A stretch of 61,798 nucleotides of DNA, the filler included, from Sphacelaria rigidula (lineage: Eukaryota): NCBI GenBank assembly GCA_964200075.2. It is 9 parts of 9 records of this genome, joined end to end, with 100 filler letters (N's around TTAATTAATTAA, not from the genome) between each part and the next. Parts side by side here need not be neighbours in the genome. Positions count along the whole stretch, not along the records: positions 1 to 6,779 come from CAXNAA020018129.1; positions 6,880 to 13,658 come from CAXNAA020018130.1; 7 more parts are not named here. The stretch is one strand, 5' to 3'. Positions 1 to 10,989 of the stretch are shown here, in pieces; position 1 is the first letter of the stretch; every line of letters begins with the position of its first letter. Made by a program: the position numbers and the translations under genes. Below the pieces are notes generated by a model. It was not told where the DNA came from. It worked only from the letters and a program-made list of their open reading frames with translations, and did no database searches.

Positions 1-950
1 CAGCGTCTTCATCTCGTTATGCTCGAAGAACTTCAGCATTTTTACCCCATTTATGTTCTTCGTGCCTTCCCCGTATTGCCCAATGATATCATCCGGTTGA
101 CCTGCTCTCACTACCCTTGCATTAAAATTTCCCACTGACATTACTTCTCCTTGCCTTTTGTACTTATTATGTACATCTGCTGCCATCTCTCCTAACCTAT
201 GCTGAATACCGTCCACCCTACTCTGCGATTCTGGGGGCACATACATGTTCCCTACGAAGAAGTCCTTCGTTCCCCGCTCTCCTGGTCCCCTTATCCATAT
301 TCTCTCGTCGAATTTCGTGTCATCGATCACTTTTATAATGTCACACAGGTATTCCTTCACTGTAAACCCTACTTCCCTCGCTCCCCTGCTCGTGGCCTTC
401 TGTCCCTCCCGTCTTTTCCCTATCCATGCGTACTCTTCAACTTTGCATCTTATTTCTACCCCCCCTCCCATGACTTTTGAGTTGCTACTATATCTAGGTC
501 GTGTTTACTCACTTGTTGCGCTATCTCTTCCCGTTTGCGCTCATCTGTGGCGAATCTACACACATTCCACGATCCTACTCTCAACTTCCTTTCCGAACAA
601 TTATCTGCTCTCTTGTTGTCTCCTATCCTCTTCCCGTGTCTTTTGCTTCTACTTTCTCTTGCTTGATTGTTCTGCCCCTTGCCGGTTTGAATTTGTCTAT
701 TTGCTACGGGCGCTGTGTCCCCTCTCCTTCCCCTTCCGGACACATATCTGTCCCTGCCTCTCTTTCCCTCCGTTTGCCCGTGCACTACGTCTTAGGTTTG
801 TTACTCCATTAGCAATGCATACTCTCAATCCTACCCTTCTAACCCATGCCGACACCTTGCGTTTTTCTATCCTTTCCCACCCCTTGCTCGCTCTCTGATT
901 TAGTGTGACTCGGAGGTGTTCTCCCCCCCTTCCTACTTTTCCTGTTGCCA
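1..950 (-). mobile_element. LINE 5' fragment with degenerate APE endonuclease domain
   Basis: Minus-strand translation across a frameshift: KLRVGSWNV...DLDIVATQKSW, then VGFTVKE...FFVGNMYVPP...VGNFNARV...NGVKMLKF. These are APE endonuclease motifs. The right boundary is approximate. Confidence 0.85.
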
Positions 951-962
951 AACAGTATATTC

Positions 963-1214
963 TGTAGAGTAGTCCACCTACAGTATCCATGCAACATGTA
1001 GATATGCGGCGGATCCTGCATTGATTGTTTGGAGGATGACTATTGGATGCGTAACATATCGTGTTCGTGAGGAAAGCCCGTGACGCTTACTTCTGGTTAA
1101 TGAAGACTGCCGTTTGTATAACTGCTTGAAGTCTTGAAGTCTCTGGAGCCCGTGACTAGGAGGAAGCCTCTGGAGCAGCACTGTAACCTTGTCCTGATTG
1201 CAGGCAGGTTCACA
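963..1214 (+). repeat. 5' LTR (3' boundary uncertain)
   Basis: 963-1088 is identical to 6654-6779. The end at ...GGTTCACA (1214) is only a candidate because the 3' LTR is truncated. Confidence 0.8.
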
Positions 1215-1391
1215 TTAAACGTTTGTTCAGGAAACTTGTCGTTTCTGGATTGGGTTTTGGACGTCGCACCCGACTGTTTGTAAAAGTGAGGACGCTCACG
1301 TTGAAAAGCAAGGGGGGGGAGGAGCGGCGTAGAGAGAGGCGCAGGCCACACGAATCCAAGGCGACTGCGATGACAGGAGGCTGTTGGAAGG

Positions 1392-2560
1392 ATGGCAGCG
1401 CGAAGGAAAGGGGGCACCAGCGAGACGGTTGATGAGGTGAAGTTTACAGTAACCGAATTGATCTTGGGTGGATCCTCGAAATTGCCCAAACATGGGCGAG
1501 TATTCAGTGAGCAAGCTTCCAGACGCTTTTACCAAAGGTATCGCGAATATGAGGAGGCAATGGGGAAAAATAACCAAGGCCGGTCGGTAAAGTGCGCACT
1601 CTTGACCATGCAAGAGTTAGTGCTAAAGCACATCCAGAACTGCGTGTCTGACACCATCTTTGACGGGTCGCCACTCGACGAGGACGAATGGCAGCAAGGG
1701 ATTGCACGCCATGCCAAAAGCTGGGTCGATATGGTACTTGATCCTTCCGAAGCTGCAGCAGGCGTGAGAAAGGCCCTTGCCGCACGGTCTGAACCAACTG
1801 CAATGGGTCGAGTAGAGGGGCAATAAAGTTCATTACAGGAGTACTTTGCGGAAAACGCAGGTGCCGAGTGCGTTTCCCTTGAATCTGATCGTACGTTCAA
1901 GGCTGGTCCAGCACACATTATTACCAGAGCTATGGTCGCCGGTCTGACCCCACCTGAGTTCAAGAACAAAGTTCAAAATATACTTTACATGAAAAGGGAC
2001 TGGAAAGAGAGCCCGAAAGTGGTTTATGAGGTAGCTCATGACTTGGCGGAAAAAGGGAAAACTGTTGAGGAGGTTGACAAACACCACCGACAGCAAACGC
2101 AACTTGGGCACAAAAGTGGCTCACAAGGCTAAGAAAAACTGACATCGCATGCCGGCGCCGCGGCTGCGGCCGCCGCAGCAGGTAGTGGCGGCGAAGGTAG
2201 TGGCGGTAAGAGCTCGAAAAAGCCCCACAAACCTGGTCCGAGCTATGCAGCTTGTTATGAGTGTGGCGATAGGGGCCACTACAAGAGGACCGTCACAAAC
2301 AGAGCACATCTGCGGCCGCGGTGAGTGCGTCAGGTGGGCAAGCAAAGTCGTCGTCGCCGCCGCCGCCGCCGCCGCAGCAGCAGCAGCAGCGACAGGTCCA
2401 TGGTCAGCGGGGGGGCGGTAAAGGTCCTGCTCCCACACGGGCTGTTTTCTCAGGGGATGGAACGTAAGGGGGTGCGAGTAGTGCGGATAGCACGGTGCCG
2501 CCTCAGCCTTCCGCTCCAGCTCCTGCAGCTCAAACCCAACTAGCGGCGGGACCGGCTCAG
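1392..2560 (+). pseudogene. gag: Retrotransposon gag, disrupted
   Basis: ORF from ATG 1392 is broken by TAA 1824-1826 and frameshifts. CCHC knuckle CYECGDRGHYK starts at 2253, with the last Cys lost. Followed by a Gly-rich GCC/GCA tract. Confidence 0.8.
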
Positions 2561-2659
2561 GAGTGGGCTCTCAGACAATGCTGGTATGGCGGGGTCTGCA
2601 CACCGCTGAGGTTGCAGATTCACAGGCTGAGGGTGTAATAGTTGACCGCAAGCAGCGAT

Positions 2660-5600
2660 GCTGCCGGCCAGACTTGTCCGTTCCAGGTTCCACAGACAAG
2701 AACGTCTGCCCTGTCACTGCAGTTTTGGACTCGGGGGGCTGGCATCACTATCATGCCTGAAAAAATGGTGGCCCAGTTGCAAGCAGTGTTCCCTGATGTG
2801 TCCGTTGTCACCAGTATGGCTCGTGCACACCCGGTGAAACTAGCTGATGGACATGTACGGAGTATGCAGTCGAAGACGTGCCTAGTGTGCGCACCACTCT
2901 GCACACCAGCTGGGGGCCGGTGGTGTTGGATCCGTGTCACTATGCGGTTATGCCAGGTGCCGATGATGTGGTGATCCTCGGGAGCGGTACGCTGGAAGCC
3001 ATGGGCATTGACGTGTACAGTGGGCTGGACGCATGCGCACGCTCAAGGCACGCGTTGGTGAGAGGTGTAGATACGCCTGAATTCCGAGAATGTAGGCGTG
3101 TGAGCATTGCCATTGAGGCGTTACAGGATTCAGGTGGACAAGATGAGCCTGTGGATCCCTCCGTTGAGCGATCGATGTCGCGTGGCCCCGAGATGGACAT
3201 GAATCCAGAGGAGGGACTGGCAGCGCGTCGTGTTGCACTGGGTCATGCAGTACAGGCGGCTGCGGATAAGGGTATGTCGGCAAGCGGCGTTGATAAGCTT
3301 CGGGGCGTTGTTGGGCGCCGTGTCAACGTTTTTAGGCAAGCACTGCGCGGTGATCCGCCTGCTCTAGTAGAGCCCTTGAAGGTGATATTCAAACCCAGGG
3401 CTAGAGGAGTCAAGGCGAGCCCGCGGGTGTATTCCCCTGTAAAGGCAACGTGGTTAGCGGGGTGTATGGCAACGCTGGTGGCGCTTGGGCTAGTCTTTCG
3501 CAGCTTACAGGTGGTGTGGGCGAGTGCGGCCATGGCGACGCCGAAGAAGGGCAGTTATCGACTAATGAGTGATTATCGCGCGGTAAACAAGCAGATTGAG
3601 AAGGTTCCGAAAGTTATGGCTGACCACGAGGCGGAGATGATCGACCTGCTGGGCGCTGCTTGTTTTAGCCAGATTGATATGCTGCAGGGTACTGGCAGAT
3701 GCCGTTGGCGGCTGATGCACAAAAAATACTCATGATTGCGACTCCCGAAGGTCTGTTTACTCCCACACGGGTGCCCCAAGGGGTGTTGAAGCGACGGGGT
3801 ACTTCCAGGGCACCATGACAGGATTATTGACCGGACTTCAGTGCAAAGTATGGGTGGATGATATCTTGTGGTGGGGTAAAGATCAAGATGATCTTTTGTG
3901 TACACTTGACGAGATTTTGGGCCGTTTGGAGGATACTGATCTTTTTGCGGCTGCGCACAAGTGCATGTTTTACGACACACAGATCACGTGGTGCGGAAAG
4001 GTCTTTTCAGGTGGTCAAGTGGCTTATGACCACGAGAGACTGAGCGGGTTGGCCAATCTTAGGCGCCCGCGCACAGCAGGCGAGCTTATGCAGTTCCTGC
4101 AGGCGGTAAACTGGCTGAGAACGTCCCTGCCGCGTCTGGCGGAGGTGGCGGAGCCGCTGCGGGTATTACTGGAGGATCACATGCAGGGGAACGTGCACCG
4201 TACCAAGCGAGTGGCGTCAAACCGGACGATCGAGGAGTCAGCATGGACGCCCAGGCGTGCTCAGGCGTGGCACGAGGCGCAAGAGTCGGTGGCGCATGCC
4301 GTCGCTTTGTCAAATCCCAAGCAGGGGTATGAGGTTCTCATGTTTCCAGACGCATCGGATCTACACTGGAGCAGTTTTATTACGCAGATGCCCGAGGATG
4401 AGCTGGGTGATATATTGGCGGTGGAAGACATGAGCCATGAGCCGATGGGGTTTCTTAGCGGAACGTTTCGTGGAGCGCAGGTTCGGTGGGCTACGGTGGA
4501 CAAGGGAGGCTATGCAATCTTAAGTACTTTTCGCAGGTTGGAGTATCTTCTCTGGGGTGGGGTACATATCTTTACCGATCATCGTAACCTCGCATATATC
4601 TTTAACCCCGAGGCGTGCGTTGCATCCGTGTCTAAGACTGCTGCCCAGAGGCTCGAGCAATGGAAGGCTGTGCTCGGGCAGTATGATTACTCCATCAGGT
4701 ACATTGCCGGTGAGCGCAACTGCTGGGGAGATTCATTGTCAAGATGGGTAAACGTTCCGGCGGTGTCTGTGCGTGCTGCGGCCGTGTTTTCGAGCGGTCA
4801 GCCTGATGAAACGCTGCCGTCGAAGGACGCTATTCGTGAGGCCCAAGAGCAGGCTCAAGCCGGGTTTGGAGTGATGGATGCTGGAGCGCCTACCTTTGCA
4901 GCAGCTGTTGGGCGAGTTTCAAAAGACGGTGAGAGTTTGTTTCGCGTGCATGTAGCAAGGCTGAATGTGTTGTGGATCCCGCCGCAAGCAAAAGAGCTAC
5001 AAACACGCTTAATGGTGTGTGCTCACATGAACGAGGCGGGTCATCGGGGTGTTGTGGCGACACTGCAGCGGGTGCAAGAGTATCGCTGTTGGTTTCAGAT
5101 GGAAGCTCATGTGACGGATTTTGTGAGGAAATGCTTGCATTATGTGGACTCGAAAGCGGGTGAGCTGGTCCCGCGGCCACTAGGGGAGACAGTGCATGAC
5201 ACACGGTCCGGTGAGGTGATACATTTTGATTATCTGTACGTTGGCGAAAGTGGCCCGCTGGGCGAGAGCGGCCTGGATGAAGGCGACGGGTACAAGTACA
5301 TATTTGTAATGATGGATGATCTGTACAATTTCGCGTGGTTGGAGCCCACCGAGTCTTGTACAGCTGCAGCAACTGTGCAGCATTTGCTGGCGTGGTGCAA
5401 GGCGTTGGGCCCGCCGGAGGTCTGGGTTAGTGACACCGCGTCGCATTTTAAGAACCATGTGATGCGAGCATTGGAGAAGGCGCTGAAGCTGGTCAGGAGG
5501 TTCGCGGTTCCAAACTCGCCGTGGTCAAATGGTACGTGTGAAAGGATGATGCGAGAGGTTGTCCGCACTTTGAAGGCCATACTGCAAGAAGAGAGGCGCG

Positions 5601-6380
5601 ACGTTCGTGACTGGGTGGGACTGGTGCCTGCCGTACAGTGGGCATTGAAACACGGCATTTTGCGAGCGCTACGCCAGTACACCAAACCATGTGATGTTTG
5701 GACGGGCGCCGCGCACAAGTTTCTCAACCCTGGCATCGTCGACTGGCGGCGAGTGGCGACTTGATGTGCTGGATGAGGACATGCTGCGGGAGAAGGTGGC
5801 GTCAGTCGTGGAGGCGCAGCAAGCGTTGTACAAGGAGGTGGCGCAGCGTGTTGAGAAGACTCGTGAACTGCAACTACGTGTAGCTAGTAAGGGACAGTTG
5901 CTAAATTTCTTGGTGGGTGACCATGTTTTGGCTGCGAGGGTTAGGCGCTCAGGTACAACGCCAAAACTCGCAAGTACGTGGACAGGACCGTGAAGGATCG
6001 TTGCAGCGGAGCATCAGCACGTGTACGAGATTCAGAATATCGTCAATGGAGAGGTGAAGGACGCGCATATCTTTCGCTTACGGTACTACGCGGACAAGGA
6101 GCTGGCGGTCACTGCGGATCTGAAGGAAGTGTTCCAGTATGCGTTTGCGCAAGAAGAATTCGAGATGGAGGCGATCGTTGACCTGTCCGAGACTCAAGAT
6201 GGTGATGGGTTCGTTGTACACGTGGAATGGGTAGGGTTCGGCAAGGATGAGAGCTCGTGGGAGCCTCTGGAAACCATTTTGGAAGGAGCCCCACAGTTTG
6301 TACGTTCTGAATTGCGTAAGTTGCGACTAACAAAGCAGGTACGAGCGCGTTTGCTGGCTAAGTATGGGCTCAAGCTCTGA
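2660..6380 (+). pseudogene. pol: Retrotransposon pol (protease-RT-RNase H-integrase-chromodomain), disrupted
   Basis: Protease AVLDSG (~2718); RT YRLMSDYRAVN, IDMLQG, RVPQG, WVDD; RNase H FPDAS, FTDHRNL; integrase H-x5-H, HFDY, VSD, NGTCER, WTGP; chromodomain FEMEAIVD...VEWVGF...SSWEP (~6159-6290). Frameshifts near 2735, 2880, 3690, 3790 and 5650, plus TGA at 5991. Confidence 0.93.
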
Positions 6381-6634
6381 TCTGGTTTCAAGCTGTGATT
6401 GGTTGTTGGCGTAGTTCATGGATTCTACTATGCAATTTGGTGTACGTTGAGTATACCCCTTGGTTATTGTTTGCTTAACATGCTGGAGTATTTCGTGTTG
6501 GTGTGTTAGGATTATACTGGGGGGGGGATCGTGATTTGACCTGATGCGATCTGATAATACTTGTCTCTTGTTGACATCGTAGGGTACTGTCGGTGTCTAC
6601 TGTTTTGTCAAATTCGCTTTCTACTTCGACTAGT

Positions 6635-6653
6635 GCGGGGTTTTGGAGGGTGC
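6635..6653 (+). other. Putative polypurine tract
   Basis: G-rich GCGGGGTTTTGGAGGGTGC immediately before the 3' LTR; imperfect. Confidence 0.5.
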
Positions 6654-6779
6654 TGTAGAGTAGTCCACCTACAGTATCCATGCAACATGTAGATATGCGG
6701 CGGATCCTGCATTGATTGTTTGGAGGATGACTATTGGATGCGTAACATATCGTGTTCGTGAGGAAAGCCCGTGACGCTT
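6654..6779 (+). repeat. 3' LTR, truncated by contig end
   Basis: 126/126 identity to 963-1088 by eye. Confidence 0.92.
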
Positions 6780-6879
6780 NNNNNNNNNNNNNNNNNNNNN
6801 NNNNNNNNNNNNNNNNNNNNNNNTTAATTAATTAANNNNNNNNNNNNNNNNNNNNNNNNNNNNNNNNNNNNNNNNNNNN
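6780..6879. other. Artificial contig spacer (also at 13659-13758, 20537-20636, 27415-27514, 34293-34392, 41170-41269, 48047-48146, 54923-55022)
   Basis: Eight identical 100-bp blocks of 44 N + TTAATTAATTAA (stop in all six frames) + 44 N. Flanking contig lengths fall monotonically from 6779 to 6776 bp. Confidence 0.99.
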
Positions 6880-7089
6880 GTTTTGAAAAACATCGACCCT
6901 GCGGTGTATTGAACTACGGCGCGGTCCTCTAAGCACGCGGTCCTCTCACGCATTATAAGTACCATCGAATGACCAAGGCCACCATATTTCGACACCTTCG
7001 GCCGAAACTGTGCTTGACTCATGTCAACCATCAAACGGTGTCGGGTTTTCCTTTCTTTCAGGTTCGCGTATCACTGCCAATCATTGTAC

Positions 7090-7480
7090 ACCCGACGAAA
7101 TTTTCTCCAAAATGGCACTTGACGGTGGCTCCAGCGGGCCGTTTTTGGATAATCAGCTATTACCGAATATCGAACGTGAGATGGTTGATTACGTGAAGCT
7201 CGATCCACCCATGAGCATTCTTACTGCCGGATATTATGCCCTACAGGGCACGGGAAGAGGTATTGTTAACACCATCGTTACTGATTCTGAAGGAATGAAG
7301 CGCTCTGTTCAACTTCATGCCGTGACTGTTCCAGGTCTGGGGAGACATCTGTTCTCTCCTGTAGAGGCAGTAACAAAAGGAGCGTCAACTGTCTTTTCGG
7401 GTGATTCCTACGTAGACCTCGGAGATTTTAAAAATCCCATTAGCAACTGCGGTGGAGCGTTGCACTACACTAACATTCAG
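7090..7480 (+). mobile_element. Ty1/Copia-like pol remnant (protease region)
   Basis: MALDGGSSGPF (degenerate DSGAS-x-H) ... GTGRG ... VPGLGRHLFS matches the Copia protease and VP-x-L-x-x-NL-x-S region. No integrase or RT was recognised downstream. Confidence 0.7.
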
Positions 7481-9323
7481 ATTGCTCAAAATTCGAAAAC
7501 CTTGTACAAAAGGATCGAGTCAGCACTCACGACTAAGGTATTATCCGGAGAATGTATTGGGATGGGGACAGCATTATCAGCCGCAGCGTTTCCGCCGAAC
7601 AAGACAGGAACGGCCAAGATCGTATAACCGCCTCCGACAGCAGCCGGCAGAAAAGTCAAAACTGTGTGCCGTTGAGCCGGGAAAATGAGCAAGAGTCGTA
7701 ACTACAGTAGATCTAGATCTTCATTGGCCAAGCCTGCAACTGCATGCGTTAGTACGGACAATAAACGAAATTTGAAATCCCATGAAAAGAACAGGCCGGT
7801 CAACTCTACAACGAAAACAGCAGGCGCAGAAATTACAACAGGGGTACAGGAACGAAGGTTATTCCATCCTCTACAACGAAGAGACAAACAACTTCACGGC
7901 AGAAGGCTCGTGATCAGCATCAACACCAGTCGCAGGCCCATCACCGCCATCACCAGCATGAGCAGCAGCCGAACCACCAACAGCAGAAGCAGCAGCAATA
8001 GCAGCAGCAGCCCAAGATAATCCAGTCGGGCAGCTCCGACATCGAAATTACGAAGACACGAGAGGAGAAAGGGTACATCAGAGAAGTGCTTGACATCAAG
8101 AAAAGAGACCCTTCAGTACAGCGGCAGGGGCTTACTACCTCACGTGTGTACATGAAAAGCGGGGCGATTGAACACCCCAGGAAAATCCAGCGCAGGAAAC
8201 GCGGTAAAGAATATCATCAGCCAGGGCAATCAGCACAAGAAACGAAAACCGTCACCTGCTGTTTCAAGAAGCATCCACCCCAAGTGACTCCACCAGCAAG
8301 CCCGAGGGAAGCATCCACTGTCAAGAAGCCAACATTCAGGAGCACATCTTGAGCGCACTCGAGCATCATCAGCAACATCGCTCTTCTCGAAGCACATACA
8401 CCATTATGTCACTTGAACTTTCTAACTCTCCGCGTCTCATTTGAAACGAAACAACACTTGTTTGTCAGGGCTATCAGGTGTCCTTCACTGTTCTGAATCT
8501 TTGACACCATCACTACAGCAGCAACCACGATCGAGTGAGAGCACGGAATGAGGCGAGCAGCTATACTACAACACCGCCGCGAACAGACCGACCGAGATCA
8601 ACCAACGCTACTACAGCTACCACATCACTATTGTCGAGTACGGACTCAGCGACATCAACGAACGCCACTATTCACCGTTCACTACTGAATGCTTGACGTA
8701 GCGCAGGAAAACATGATATTGTGGTACGTATATCCTTTGTTTTACTGTACGCAGTACCAGGAATTCTCCGAGGAAATTATTCAAGGAGAAATTGATCGGT
8801 TGTACTGTACAGCGTAGCGCATCGTTGGCAAGCGTGGTAGTTGATCTGAAGTTTCGGTACTGTGTTTTTATTACTGTAATTGTCTGTATGCAGGACCTTG
8901 CTTCATTTGAAAATAGTATACCTCGAGTATTGTACCGTACACGGGTGAGTTTGTTTATCAACCTTTGTACAGAAGGTTTTGATTGTGCACTAGGCTCATA
9001 TGCTCTAAAGTCGAGTATGAACCAGCTGTCACAGTTCCGCCCATAAGCATTGGGGCGGAAAATGTAACACAGCAAAGACACACCAGTAAAGTGTGTAATA
9101 TGTTTTTATTCTGCTCACTATTTTACGCAGATGATGGTGAGCATGATTGATTTTGGAAAAACAGGTGAAAAATGCCTGTGCATACAGTATGGCTGTCGTG
9201 CATAATGCTTATAGGACAAAAGAGGCTGCCTTGATTTTGTTCTGCCGAAGTGAAGAGCCCCAAACAACATTTTTGTCTCTGGACTTTATGTCTGCTGCAG
9301 AAGCAAGTGGTTTAACTACCACT

Positions 9324-9793
9324 AACACTATATTCGTGCGATTCAGAGTGTAGTTTCAGATTCAGAGTCAGGATTTCAAACGGAATAAATGTATTCTTTG
9401 TGGTCGATTCGTATGCGAAACAGTTCGCGTCACTCATCCGCCAACATTGGAGGCTGTGAAAACACGCACGTTCATGACTCGGATTGGTTTATCAGTGACG
9501 CGAACTGTTTAGCATAAGAATCGACCACAAAGAAAACAGTTCTTCCGTTTGGAACGTTTGGATTTCAAACGGAAGAACTGTTTTCTTTGTGGTCGATTCT
9601 TATGCTAAACAGTTCGCGTCACTAATATACCAATCCGAGTCATGAACATGCGTGTTTTCACAGCCTCCAATGTTGGCCGATTAGTGACGCGAACTGTTTC
9701 GCATACGAATCGACCACAACTAAAACTTTTATTCCGTTCGAAATCCTGACTCTGAATCTGAAACTACACTCTGAATCTCACGAATATAGTGTT
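9324..9793. mobile_element. 470-bp foldback/MITE-like palindrome with nested internal hairpins
   Basis: AACACTATATTCGTG...CACGAATATAGTGTT; the whole element is a near-perfect inverted repeat centred ~9558. CACT flanks both sides (9320-9323, 9794-9797), a candidate 4-bp TSD. Confidence 0.85.
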
Positions 9794-10625
9794 CACTGTG
9801 CAACCTCTGCTAACCTACTATCTTTGCGACGGTAGTCGGTCTGTTTTGATCACAGTACCAAACGCCACGAGCCAACAAATATTTCCAACACTGTGGCGAG
9901 TGAGAAGCGATGGGCGAGCGAGAGCGAGCCTCAATACTTTCCACTCCCTGGAGAAAACCCAATGCTGTACGCAAACCGAAAAGGTCTTGAAACGACACAA
10001 ACGTGGTTTACAGTTTCACCTGAACCGTAACAAATAACATTCAAGTCGTGCCGCTTATACAGTACAGTATCTTTCAGCGGCGTTCAATCACACACAACGA
10101 ACTTAGACTGTCCTGTCTAAAGTTTCAACACTGTTCTCTCACACATAAATGCGAGCGAGGATGGCTGCGCGCTTGCGGCAAGATCTAATTGTTGCAAGCT
10201 GAGGGATGTTACTTCAGTCGTGGATTTCACCCGATGTCTGCAAAACAAGGACGACAGCCGAACTTGGAACGCGGAGTGAAAAATACACCTCGTGCGGGTG
10301 ACTTCACGCTTGCTGGCGTGACCGAATGGGGGCTGAGATCCTGTAATTGAGCTTCTACGCTGTGAACCGGTCGCATGCATGGTGTGTGTCGGGGTGTGTC
10401 TGCCGCAAAAAAATGGTTTGTGAGGAGAGTCATCCTGAGCTGAGGCGAGATATGTTTAGGAACAGGGGTGTTCCATGGTTAATCACTTGGCATTGCACTC
10501 CTGACCCGCGCCGTTAAACGCTGACCAGGAAGGTCTTGCCTGAGAACAACTTTCAAGCAACGGCAGTAGTAGACAGTCGGTTCAGCCCGGTATTGTGCTG
10601 CAACTTGGTTGCTGCATGTACTGAC

Positions 10626-10723
10626 TGCCTGTAGCAACTCGATTGTACAAGCCATGACATTGTGAGGCAGAAGGGTAATCATCTGAAAATCTTGATGAGT
10701 TAAATCAATACGGCTCTCGCAAG
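10626..10723 (-). CDS. Candidate internal exon of an unknown host gene (ACESRIDLTHQDFQMITLLPHNVMACTIELLQA)
   Basis: Pyrimidine-rich acceptor TTTCCTCTAG, one open frame, possible GTCAGT donor. A further candidate exon lies at ~10148-10238. Confidence 0.4.
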
Positions 10724-10989
10724 CTAGAGGAAAGTGCAAGAATTGGGTTCGGTCAGCCGTTCGAGGATACATCCGACTAGTTTCACCAAACGTCGCTGGA
10801 ATTTGCACTGAGCGATCAGTATCGAACCGAACTGCAGTGGACCCATTCATGTTCGAAATGGTGCTTTTCTTCTTGTAAACGCTCCGTGATTGGGAAAAAA
10901 TGAGTTTCATTCAAAGAAACCCATATCGGCGCCCGCCCATGTCTCTTGGAGCCTGTGAAAACTGTAGCTTCATTTATCATACCTGGACG

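Larger units (their letters stand above)
963..6779 (+). mobile_element. Ty3/Gypsy LTR retrotransposon with integrase chromodomain, coding region disabled
   Basis: Direct repeats starting TGTAG at 963 and 6654. Internal order is gag zinc knuckle, protease, RT, RNase H, integrase, chromodomain (Gypsy order). The 3' LTR is cut by the contig end. Confidence 0.96.

Noticed and set aside
2121..2543. Poly-Ala and poly-Arg ORFs
   Set aside because: Alternative frames of a GCC/GCA tract within the decayed gag.
6824..6835. TTAATTAATTAA recurring every ~6.88 kb as a biological periodic motif
   Set aside because: Always embedded in 44 N on each side; it is an artificial linker.
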